A DNA stretch of 63,702 nt, the filler included, from Choristocarpus tenellus KU-1152 (Eukaryota; Protista; Phaeophyceae), in the NCBI GenBank assembly GCA_964200185.2. It is 9 parts of 9 records of this genome, joined end to end, with 100 filler letters (N's around TTAATTAATTAA, not from the genome) between each part and the next. Parts side by side here need not be neighbours in the genome. Positions count along the whole stretch, not along the records: positions 49,374 to 60,026 come from CAXNAD020002804.1; positions 60,127 to 63,702 come from CAXNAD020019163.1; 7 more parts are not named here. The stretch is one strand, 5' to 3'. The translations under genes and the position numbers were made by a program. The notes beneath the pieces are model-generated. The model ran no database searches, was not told the DNA's origin, and saw only the letters and a program-made list of their open reading frames with translations. Below, in pieces: positions 52,301 through 63,702 of the stretch. Position 1 is the first letter of the stretch, and each line of letters begins with the position of its first letter.

Positions 52301-53269
52301 ACAATTTGCATACATCCTTGCACCTAAGTCCAGGGAAAAGACTGTAGTTGGAGCAGTTGCGGGGACAAAATAGTTCAGAATAGTGGAAAGTCGACACTGT
52401 CACATGTAACAGAAGGAACTGCTGCCGACCACACCAATTCGGCTAATGGACTTGAGAAAGCAATAAATGAAGGTCAAACGAAGATGCCGTGAAAATCTTC
52501 CAAGACGAAGCTAAGGAAGGAGACCTAGTCAACGCTCAGGAGTCGAAGACATCGTGTCTGAAGTTGGTAATGGATGCTTCGAAGTAACACCTAAACCCCA
52601 GAGACTGCACTAACAGTGGCGCAGGACACATTGCGCGAGAGGTAAAGGATGGACATCTCTCTCACCGAAATCCAGGCCATCCGGGATCTCCGTTGCCGAG
52701 GAGGTGACCGCATGTCCTTATACTACCCTTGCCTAGCCACTTCGCAAAAGTTTCCCAGAAGCACTGACAAACCGCGCCTAGGGACGCGGAAAGAAGACAG
52801 ACCAAGTCCAACAGACTGTTCTGTCTCCACAGACAAATGTGTCACCGACTACCTTTCCAGTTGTGATGTACTTCACCTCATTCCTGAAGGAAAGAGGGGT
52901 GAGAACAGGCTGGAATAAAGAGCAATCGGACAAAAAAGAAATGGTAAAATTATTTCCATAATATATGCGCTCCAACTACCAGATCGGGTAAACCGAATAA
53001 ACGTTTTCAGTCTCACAATAGTATATGTCCCAAAGGATCAATCAGTGTAGACGATTGGTTAATGGACAACAATATTCTGATATTAATTTTACAAGTTTGA
53101 ATCTCTATCATCTATATTAGCGAATCATTGTTGGAGTTTCTTATCGAACGCCCCAGGATTACTGATATAATCTATTACCGATTCGATTTGAACCTAACCA
53201 AATCTCAAATAACAAACCATACCTCCTAAACCTTTCTCTAGTCTAACTTGGAGTCCCACACAAGCCTTG

Positions 53270-56200
53270 ATGGAGAACCAGGAACGACATCGGTGCAAAG
53301 ATCTCAACCACGTCTTCCACATCAATCGGACAGGTGCCGTCTTCTTCATCTTTGGCTGCGTTCAGCTTGCTGTTTCAGCTGGCCTTGTCCTCTGGCAATG
53401 CATACTTAAACGAAGAGCAGGATCTGGTGACAAGATTGCTGCGAAGGAACTCGTTCTCCCTGTTTACTTCTCTGCATTGGTGGGTACTGATGGACTATGC
53501 TTCGTTAATGTACAAGTAGTCCGTCATTGATATGCATGGCCACTCGCTACTTTTTGGTCCGTAGATTCTCTTTTTACTGGTAACGTCAAAGTTCGCTCTT
53601 TGCATACTTCGTGGTTGATTACTAATTATTTTTATGCTGCTGGCCTCTCTCCACTTACAGGTCTACGTGGCTATATTTTCCTTATGTAACGGCTTACTGG
53701 ATATCGTGTATGGTGATGGGAGCGCCTGGCTGGTGGGACTCAAGTGGGGCCTACACCATTTCGCGACGGAAGGCATCACCTTTTTCCTGATGCACACAGG
53801 TATGCCCAAGTACGAAAATATTCAGATTGTTGCGATCTTCAGATGCTCACCTCAGACTTCGTACGACTTTAATGCTGTATTATCACCATACACTTACATA
53901 TCTTTTAGAGTTGTATTGGAGAACTGCTCAACAACTTCATTGACATGTTTCTATCTTGTCCAAAGGTTTCCATACTACATCACAGCAATCTAATAATGTT
54001 ATTTATAGCACCTGCGTGAGGGTGCTAAAACTGGCCGCGAAACAATGATTGTGTGTACATAATGTAAGGGTTGCATGGTATCTCAAGACAGAACTCAAGT
54101 TTTGTACTCTCCTAAACTAGTCGATTATGTTGACCTTAATGGTCATGATGAGGAAGTAGTATCTATAGGACTCCCTAACAACAATGCCATCTCTACGACA
54201 CTAGTGTGGTCGACCTTCAGGAGTTCAAACTCTGAGAAAAATGTTGTAGCACTCAGTGAGCTAAGATCAAACACAACTTGAGAAGAGACTTTCGCCCTGC
54301 CTCTGAGGTCAACACTTGGACCCAACAGTCTCAAGTGTTCTTTGTCTGCCTCATCCCACCCCATCCTACATGCACCAGGTGCAGGGCAGGGAGTCATACA
54401 GCGCTCTGTCCTCTTTGCGTTAATGTGGTCTGGACTTTCTGGTGTGATGAAGGTTCTGGCACCATCGTCGGTGCTGTCGTTTGATGATAGCTTTGAGCGC
54501 ATGCCAGTACCCAGTTTTGCTGTCTCATGTGGCCTTGACGCCATATTGGTGAGTCATCATAATAGACCAAGGGTCTGCTTTACCTTGGTTTTGAACCTAC
54601 CTGTGGTAGCACTTACCTGAGCCAGGATGCTTTGATTGGAATGATCTCGAGGGGTAGCTGTTTGATCCCATACGGTACTACACACACATGTAGTAAATGT
54701 CACCCTTAGGGATCAATGAGCCAAAAGCTGATCTTGCTGGAAGTGGCTCAGCTACATACCTTGGTTATTACTTAAGAAGATGCCATGAAAAACAAAAACA
54801 GTTTTACTCTTGGTATACGACTACTGACTGGCATAGAGAAATGTACTGAATCCGTGTCCTTCTGTTGCACTTTGATGGAGGACATGTTTCTTTTCTTATT
54901 TTGATGCAAAGCTGAGCAATTTAAAAACTGTGCGCAGACCTCCTTGTTGGGGTGGCATGGAGTGCTGTTATGTTTTTGCTCTCCTCTCTTGGACACTTGA
55001 TTATTGGGTGTATACTTTCCCCAAAACAAAATCACTTTTATCAAAGGGTGGATGGGTGGGTGAGTGGATGAGTAGTGTCGTCATTGCACTCTAACAATGG
55101 GGAGCTGCAATTTTTCTTGAAAAATCTACAGGTGGAACCTTTTTGTCAAAATAATATTTTGTTATTTTGTAATTAATTAATTAATTTTTCTCTTCCAATA
55201 CCTACGGAGATAAAAGGGAACATTAGTGGTGTGATTATACATAGAATGGAAGAGGTGCAAAATATGATGTTAGTTATGGATGTCCACTGCTCCACATCTA
55301 GCGGCTGTTAACTCATATTTTTATACAGAAAGACTACCCTTTCTACAAGGATGAACGGGATAGGCGTTCCCTTTGGTGGTAAATTCTATAATGTATGGGA
55401 CCTACTGACAGACCTCAATTTCGGAACACTCCTAGTTTGCAGAGCAAGCCTGTGGGCTATCTCTACTCTGCATTAGGTACGGTTGATTAAGATTGGCACA
55501 TGCACACATACGCAGAAACGTGTATATTACTTAAACCAAAGTGCAGCTTTTAATTAACCAACTGCATAGGGTATCAAATGCAGGGACAACTTCGATCTCA
55601 TGGAGACCTTCTGGAGTGAGGATGTAGGCACCTGCTGTAGCTATAGCTACATTGAACAGACACGGTTTAATGATTTTTGTCACTTGCTCTGTCCAGCATC
55701 AGTTTGAACAGTTTACAAGGCAGGTCATAAATACACAAGATGGTATCATAATTTCTTAGTTTTTTGTAGGGGTCTTGCAAAACTCATTATGGAGTCACCC
55801 TAAAGTCTCAGTGAAACCTGGCTTATTATACCTGTTCTATGCCACTCAATGCAAAGCCATAAGAAATACCTCGCCAGTGTTGCAGAATTTTTGGTCATTG
55901 ACAACCTGTTTTCAAACTGAAGATGGACAGAGGAAGCACTTCAGTATGTTTTAGTATTTTTCATACTCGGATAAATAGACATGTTTAGCGAAAGAATGAA
56001 GTTGAAACAAACTAATTTTGAAGTGTTCCTAAACTTCGAAAAGCTCTAGACTTTGGAAAGTATAAGAAATTTACTCTATTGATGAGAATATTCCATTTTT
56101 ATTTTTTTCTTTGCTACATCAAATGTCTGTTGATGCTTTTAAAATCAGCATAAACCCACATGGGGCACCATGGGAGCAGCTTCAATGTGTTACACGAGAA

Positions 56201-59200
56201 GGTGTGAGATGGACTTTAATACTAGTGTTTTTCAGGCAGGTCAAGCACTATTTCGTTCCACACCAACCTCGCTCAAGTCAACCGTATTTGGCCAACATGG
56301 GGTGGCGTTCAGTAGGGTGAAAACTGTGATTGAGAAGGCACCAGAATAGAAATGCAAAATCTGTTGAAAAGAACAACCAGGGGGTTGCTATTTATTGCAA
56401 GGAAGAGGACCCCCAGCAAAGATTAAAGGTTGCTGTTTTTTCCCCGGCAGGCATGTACTCATGCCTGTAGTAACCCTTTGCAAGGGTTCCGGATGGTTAA
56501 GCTGAAGATTACCTCCAGGAGTAACTGTATTTTTTTCTGCGCACCAGGAGGACCTGATCTGCAACCCCCGTTTACTGTTTGGGTCTATTCCATGGAGGCA
56601 GAGAGAGTAGGTCACATTTCCTTGTTGAAGCTACGGTGGCGACTCAGTTGCTACTCTGCTCTACAGCGCTCCATGAGGGGTCTCCTTACTTGCGTGCTTG
56701 AAGGTACACCTTCTCCTGACCTGCACTATATGATTCTTCCAAGCACAATTGAAGGCAGCGAGACCCCCCGCTGGTTGTTTATTTGAAAAAACATATTTCC
56801 TCCTCAATCTGCTCACCTCCTGGCCCCAATTCCCTTGCTTGACTCATCTCTCTCTCTCTATCTCTCTCTATGATATTGAACCTTGTTCAGGCAATTTTCT
56901 ACCTTGGGGTTGGGCTTGTGCCACGGGGAATTGGGTTGCATGTGGTGGGCCTGCGCACCCGCCGGCCTGCCCTGCCGCCGTATGCATGCTTCTGGGGATT
57001 GTATCGCCTTATACACCTGTGCAGCAGTGTGCTGGTGTGGGAGGGTGTGGACCTGGGTTATTGTGTTGAGGTGTGTTGTGTCTGTGCTTTCAGTTTTTTG
57101 TTGTTGGTAGGTTTGGAGTACTTGATAACATGTTGGTGTTGGTTGATGCCATGATGGAGGGGCATTGGACATGTGTGCGAAGCATTTTTTTTGCACAAAA
57201 TTGAATAGCTTCTAGTTGCATTGAGTCAATGGGGTGCTGAGCTTAGGTTTATTATCCCTTACACTCCCTAAATTGTGGGATATGTGGGTTGGTGGAAATG
57301 AGGGATATGGGTAGGGTTAGGGTTGGAATTGCTTGGGAGAGAGAGGCAGTGATGATTATTGGCTTGGTGGTGATTTGTGTCCATCTCTGGTGGAACACTC
57401 CCAGCCCTTGGCATTTGCAATTGTCCAAATGACTAATCCTCCCACATGATCCCCCCCAACTCGTATCACCCTAATGATAATCCATACACAAATGCCAGGC
57501 GGGTGTTGCCCTTGTCCTCTTCTCCTTGCTACAGCCAGCAGTGATCTATCAAACCCTGCACCGTGACAGCCTCTATTGGCAAGGCCTCCTGCAGGAGAAA
57601 GGGATGTGGGAATGGGCTTCACAGGGTACAACAGGGGAAGGTAGTGCTGTGGAGGAGCCGTTGATGGGGCTCTGGTCTGATGTGAGAAAGGTGGGATACC
57701 ATCCCCATGGGGCTATGGCACTGGATAAGTGGTTCGATCAGATTGGATGTACCCCCCTGCCCACAATCCTCTAAATTCCTACCCATGGGCCATACACGGC
57801 AACTTTGAGCAAGTGCTTTGTGTGTTGGGTTTGTGTATGGCCTGTGGGTGTTGTGGCTAAAAACTTTTGCTCTCGTGCAAGTGTGATTATTGGTGTGTCT
57901 TCCAATCTTTCCTCCACCCTGTTACTCACAAGGACCCTCGCCAAGATTTCTAGCATTGGAATTGTCATTTTGGGTGAAGGTTGGGGGAGCGTCACACCCT
58001 TTTTTTTTGCCTACCTCGTAGCCAGTTTCACTTGCGGTACCTTGACCCCTCTTCCACACACCCGTCAACATATTCACATGCACCATCCCCCTCCCTCCCT
58101 AATCCTCAACCTGGGCCTCACCCTAAGTCTACTCTGCCCTTCTGAGCCCCATCCTATGCATAGCTCCTCTCCTAGCACCTTGTGTGCCCCCTCCACTAAC
58201 ACTCAAATCTCAACCTCTACTCTGTTGCCATGACTCTCCTCCTCTTCCCCCACCCCCCACTTCCCCTGTCAATACGGCATATCTAGGATTCGGTGGAAGC
58301 CCTTGTGGCTTGCATAGATAACTTGTCCTCAGGGAGGGCTCCAACCTCAACCCCTGTAGAACCTACAGGCGCATGCTGGCTCCTTTCTGGGGAAGGGGCA
58401 GAGGCAGGGCGCAGGACAGGGTTCAGGGGCAGTAGACTTGAGGAAGGGGGAAGGCTAGAGGATGGCATGGGTAGGGCTGTTGCAGGGCCAGTGGAGATCA
58501 TTCCATTCGGGTGTATTAAATTCGAGGCTGGAGGAGCAGTTGTTCATGGGAGTATGTCCAGGGTGTTCAGAGCCCAAATATCTGTCCCCCACCGGCTGCA
58601 AGCAGATGTGGTGGCTACTGGTGGTGACCCTCGTCGCAGTAGAAGGTGGGGCAGTGGGATTTGCAGGAGTGGCAGGGAAGAGGACATCCAGAGGATGTCT
58701 GGGGAGAGGTGCCTTGGGTGGTGTTTTGGGTGCCCTGGTGGGAGTTGGTCCTGTTACCAACTGTGTCAACGGGTGCAGGTGATGGGCGGGGAAGGGGCAG
58801 CTGAGGAGGTTGCTGTAAAGGTATTGTTCTGCATGGAATTGACACCAGAAACCATTGTGGAATTTCTCAATGAGGTGAGAGTGCTTGTCTGGAGGAGGGA
58901 TCAATTGCAAAAAAAGAGGCTCAACTTGGGGAGGTCGAATTCTGTAGGGCAGGTGCTACATGTGTGACGTACTCTAGATCAGATATTTTTATAGATAGAG
59001 TGGGATGGAAGAGTGGTTTCTTGTTCTATAGCCATTGTTTTAGCCTAGTCTTCATGGTTATGATATTCTCAGGTGTGCCAGGGTCATATATCCGGTGAAT
59101 TTGAACCTCGTAGTGGTTGGTCAGTACGAAATGTACCTTGTCTTGACTGTCATTTTTCTGTTAGTGTGTGCATGTAAATGGATGGATCGATGGCTGGACT

Positions 59201-60026
59201 CCAACAATGTTAGTTGTGCAGGAAGTATTGATGGGAAATGCGCATGCACCCCTTGATCCCAACTTCCATATGAACAACATACAGCTCCCAGTTGTTGCTC
59301 CTTCGCTCGGACCCCACAAGATGCTCACCTCACCTCAATCCCGTCCTCCCTCCCCACCCTCAAATATACCTTGATGCCCTTAGGCCTCAGTGATGGCGGG
59401 ACTCTCTCATCCCAACCTGTTGACCCTGCGCGGTGTGTGCATTGCCCCTCCGACGATATCCCTACTCACTGAGTACTGTTCCAGGGGTTCTCTCTTTGAC
59501 TTCCTGCATGGACCTGCCCACCCAGAGTCCACCCTTGCACGTGCCCCCACTCGAGAAGAGAGACAAGGGGGGTCCATAGGGCCCGTCCCAAGAGAAGAGG
59601 ACAACGAGCCTCCTCCTCATGGGAGGCAGGGAGGGGACGAAGAGGGAGAAGAAAAGAGAGATGTGGTTGAGCCCAGTGAGGAGGGTATTTCCTACTTGAT
59701 GGCATCACCACCAGATGTGATGGCGGTGGGTGATGAGGAGGAGGTGGTTAATAGGGAAGCTGAGGGACAAGAAGAGGTAGACGAGGAATTCGAACATGGT
59801 GTGGAGGATTCAGAGGGTACTGGGTTGCTGCTACCGGGGGGAGATGTAGCAAGGAGGCTGGGGCATGATGATGGTGTGGAAGGAGGGTGGCAGATCCCTT
59901 TGGGACATGGGCAGGGGCTCGCAAGAAGGGGGGAGGTGGTGAGTCGGGGTAGGATTGGACTGGGAAGTGACCCGTTAAATGTGGGAATTGTGGGGCAAGG
60001 GGGGAGACTGTCCCCGGAGGACAGGA
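53270..60026 (+). CDS. Seven-transmembrane (GPCR-like) protein fused to a TKL-type protein kinase domain; 3'-truncated by contig end
   Basis: In-phase GT-AG exons 53270-53479, 53661-53799, 54379-54548, 56891-57106, 57535-~57681, 58287-58874 and 59384-. Seven hydrophobic segments are followed by DSLYWQG, then kinase motifs VAVKVL, EFLNEASVMAGLSHPNLL and LLTEYCSRGSLFDFLH. Confidence 0.8.
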
Positions 60027-60126
60027 NNNNNNNNNNNNNNNNNNNNNNNNNNNNNNNNNNNNNNNNNNNNTTAATTAATTAANNNNNNNNNNNNNNNNNN
60101 NNNNNNNNNNNNNNNNNNNNNNNNNN
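60027..60126. other. Artificial contig linker
   Basis: N-run, TTAATTAATTAA, N-run. Confidence 0.95.
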
Positions 60127-60170
60127 GAGGGCGGGGGTGGTTAGGGATGTTGTGGGTGGGGGGGCGGCGT

Positions 60171-60209
<39 letters not shown>

Positions 60210-60957
60210 AACCAGTGACAGGGATCAGCAGAACCAAAGCAGAACCCGAGGGGAAGGCTGACGCAAGAGAAACCGCACACTTTGTTAGAACTGGGACCTT
60301 TCCCGGAAACGAGTCCAGGGGAAACTGACGCGGCTACATCTTTGGATAGTGCTCGACGGGGGATGCGAATGGGGTTTTCGATACAAAAAAGAGGCGATGC
60401 AGTCTGACTGCAAAACAAAACAAACACAAAAAATGATGGTATGTTGTTGGGTTTCAGCTTACGCCGTCAGATGATTTTTTTCCGCAACACAGAGGCGACC
60501 CAGCACGAACCGCCTGATTTCATTGGAAAAACCATCTGTTTGATTGCATTTAAGAGCCCACTTGGCTACATTCGTGCTAGTTAGGGTTGTCGTGGTCCAC
60601 CTATCTCACTCCTGCTGCTTGGTGACATATCCCAAACACCAAACACGCCAATCTTACCTTACTTGCTGCAAGCCTGTGTCCATGGACACAAAAAAAATTA
60701 AGAAAAAAAAAATTCTCCTACTTTCAGTTCTTCTCACACCACTTTCTCTGCTCAGTGTTGGACTCAAACAGGTTACATGACGGTATTCTTTACTGCATCG
60801 GAAAAGCGTTTCTTGCGGCTTTGCAGCTGGACAGAATAGAGCCAGTAGAATGAGTTGGGTTTCGATGAGATCTTAGGGTATAGTCTCATCGCTGCGTTCT
60901 TGCAAACGAAAAGATCACTACAAAGAGTAGTGAAAACCTGATACCTATTGCGTATTT

Positions 60958-61019
60958 ATGTGTGTGTGTGTGTGCATGTGTGTATGTGTGTGTGTGTGTG
61001 TGTGTGTGCGTGTGTGTGT
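60958..61019. repeat. (TG)n microsatellite
   Basis: Visible TG tract. Confidence 0.9.
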
Positions 61020-61233
61020 CACAACCAAAAGTGAGCTCAAGTAATCTACCCTGAAATTGTGACAAGAAACCTTAGGGTTAGGGAATACACCCCTGAAAGG
61101 TGCACTTGCAAGAGACCTTAGGATGAGAATGCCTTTTAATCCCCCCAGTCACAGCCCATGTAAAGACCACACAAAGAGGAGACCGAGTATTTCTCTCAAC
61201 ACGATCATACTCTGGTGTGCATAAGCATCTCAC

Positions 61234-62695
61234 ATAGGTCCAACATGCTGGTGTGCAGAAGCATCCCACCAAGCAGCCCCATCATGACCGCAATTGCACC
61301 CGCAAATATCGCCTGTTGCACATGAGGGGTACACAAGAAAATTTTCGTGAGGGGCGGTACGGGAACTATGGGGGGGTCAAGTGCAACTGTTGCATACAAG
61401 GCAATGTCCGACACAGAACAACAATCTGTCTTGTGATGGTTTGTGTGTGTGTGACTTAAGCCTACTTTGTTGTGTGTTGAGCGGGTAAAGGTTTGCACAT
61501 ATTCCCAGAAAAGAAAAATCATTCACACACATAAAATCAGCCTCATCCATTCACGGACATGACATCACATCTACAAAACAAAAATAATTACTTGAAGTTC
61601 ACAGCATGTATCATCAACAGAAATTCTGCCAAACTCAAGAGAATGGTACAGGGTGTGGGGTGCCTAAAGTTTGAGTGGGCAGTTGTTAGCGTTGGAAGAG
61701 CAGAGAAGGGAAGAAGGGGGGAGGTGGCACCTCCCGCCGTGCTGAATTTAGCCTGCTCATCTCTTCCGTATCCTTAGACATGAACTTCCATCGGTAGAGG
61801 ACAAGAAGACTGCCCGTGATCTCGGCCACAGCCATGATTGCTATTCCCAATAGTGAGCTGCTGTCCTCATTCTCCCCTTGAACACCAGGGTGAGTGTTGA
61901 GACGTGGAATAGGGAGAGGCAGATGAATTGGCATGTAAAAGAGAGGGGGCATTGAGAACAGGAAAAGGCAAAACAAAACGGTTTTTGAATAGATTTATCT
62001 CCATCATGCATATATCAACAGTCGCACAGAAGACCCTAAACCTAGAGCAGGGAATGGACCCGACTATCACACACAACACTCTCAACGTAACCGATGGATG
62101 GGGAGGTGATATTTTTGGTCCACAGGAAGGACGGGTGGCCTGGACCCTTCAACCACACGATCTAGTGTTCAGTGCTGGCGGATCAAAGTGAGCTTCCAAA
62201 ATAATTTTCCTCCTCCCCCTCATCGATACTGCTCACCTGCTGTGACTGACAAGAATGTTTCAATCAATCCCACGAATACAGAAAGATAGCCGCTGAATAC
62301 GGCGTGTTGTATTGCTGTCTGCAAACCAAAAATCTTGGAGAACTTGTCGAACCACTTTTGGTCCTGGTCTCCCTTAACCTTGAGGAGGGAGGAGAGGGCA
62401 ATATAAGACAGTGTAGAGCAATGTCCACGTCCACCATTGTGAGCGATGGACAAATTGATACCGAGATCGCCTGTGCAAAATTGGTGCAGGCGATATTCTT
62501 TGCCTTCAGGGCGTCCACACCAAGGTGGTCGACCTTGGGGCGAATGACTTTGGCGATGGTTATGGGAAGGGTAGGAAAGGAGCCACTCACTGGTTGAGAG
62601 GTTGCACAAATCAATTCAATAAGACAAGTATCACTGACCACGAGGCTACCCTCTCCATTTTCTCGTACCTCAAATGACGTCGCACCCGTTTCCAT
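61234..62695 (-). CDS. TMEM163-like cation-efflux (CDF-related) membrane protein, 5' five exons
   Basis: In-phase exons 62695-62591, 62533-62462, 62378-62237, 61876-61731 and 61312-61234. SSSLLGIAIMAVAEITGSLLVLYRW...NSARREAIFAGAIAVMMGLLG...SMLDL parallels the TMEM163 TM2-TM3 region as recalled. 3' exons not resolved. Confidence 0.6.
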
Positions 62696-63702
62696 CTTGA
62701 AGACTTGCTGTGCGTGTCCGCGTCCGCGTACACAACTTACAACCTCGCAACAGAAATTTAACCTCCAAATATAGCAAAATTTTCGCAGAAAGCCTTCAAG
62801 ATTACCTCAGTCGGAGGTTTGCGTGCCCATCACAACAAAGTATTTTACTGATCCTTTCCAAAATTTTCGACGTATTCAACTTAGATCACGAAGCTCTTCA
62901 GTCTTTTGGCAGTATGTGTGAAACACTTGAGCACAAGTGTATCTCTGTTGAAGCAAGCAAGCTTGTGGCCAATCCTGTCCTTGACCCTCAGGGACGGACA
63001 AAGTTGATAAAGTACGTCCTAGAGAGTTACGTTTGTTTGTCTTGCTCACAACCCACAACTCCATTATTCAACCATATAATCACACAATCACATAATCACA
63101 CATGATCCTCAATGTTTTATTGGGCAAGCATTTCCCCGCAATGTGTTGCGATTTGCAGAAATTGATGATCATGGTAGTAGTAAAAAGTGATGAAGAGGGC
63201 ATAATAATAAATAGTACTTGAACATCGATTGAACAACCCGTGACAAGAAATCCAAACCGTATATTTGACGTACTGTTAAAGATGAAGCCAGTAAGTAAGA
63301 ATGAGTAGTCAATACTACGTTATAGGTATGTCACTATAACGCCTAAAGAAATAAAATATCATAATTGTGAAAAGCACTCTAAAACACTATAAAAAATGAA
63401 GTAGTAGTAGTCGTATGGTTTGTGTATAAAAACGTATCCAAGAAATAAGACAAAGATCAAAATGAAGTTATATTAACAATGGACATCAATATATATTATT
63501 GTTAACCACAAGAATTGATTGGAACAAACCAACTCGTCTCATGTTGAAAAAAAAATGAAATGGATATCGGTCGGAAAATTCTGGTGGATTATTTTGGTGA
63601 AGATGAACTTTTCTGTGAATTGATTGGACAGAGATGATAGTCACCAGGGAGATGGGCAAGGAGGAGTCTGTTGGATTCTTGGGATGCTTCCTTAGCTCCC
63701 CC

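Noticed and set aside
4358-60082. Recurrent TTAATTAATTAA motif and ORFs containing X runs or ending LIN
   Set aside because: Artificial six-frame-stop linker between contigs; not biological.
8517-62695. Idea that the genes form a functional cluster
   Set aside because: They lie on separate concatenated contigs, so order and adjacency carry no information.
62710-63105. 131-aa ORF faintly like an hAT/ZNF862 transposase fragment
   Set aside because: No catalytic motif or TIRs visible; cannot be supported without a search.

Overview
Eukaryotic, intron-rich nuclear DNA, probably from a stramenopile such as a brown alga or relative. That assignment is an inference from TTAGGG telomere-type repeats, gene structure and gene content. 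The window is not contiguous: it consists of nine contigs joined by artificial 100-bp linkers (N44-TTAATTAATTAA-N44), so adjacency across linkers means nothing. Genes assembled by hand from exons: a heparan-sulfate-type sulfotransferase, a PIH1D2-like co-chaperone (partial), the 3' part of condensin subunit CAP-D2/NCAPD2, the 3' part of a patatin/iPLA2-type phospholipase, a seven-transmembrane protein fused to a TKL-type kinase (3'-truncated), a TMEM163-like transporter (partial), a TPR-like gene with an in-frame stop, and tRNA-Leu(CAA). Mobile DNA comprises three related MITE families sharing a CAAAGTA terminal motif (GAG ends and 4-bp TSDs in family A, Sola2-like) and a decayed CRE-type non-LTR retrotransposon. 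The most interesting signals are the 7TM-kinase fusion, telomeric hexamers written into MITE termini and scattered through introns, a perfect 68-bp inverted repeat bracketing one exon, and non-canonical splicing (GC and apparent GA donors, plus a duplication-derived acceptor) in the sulfotransferase. All family assignments come from motif recognition by eye; no database searches were run.
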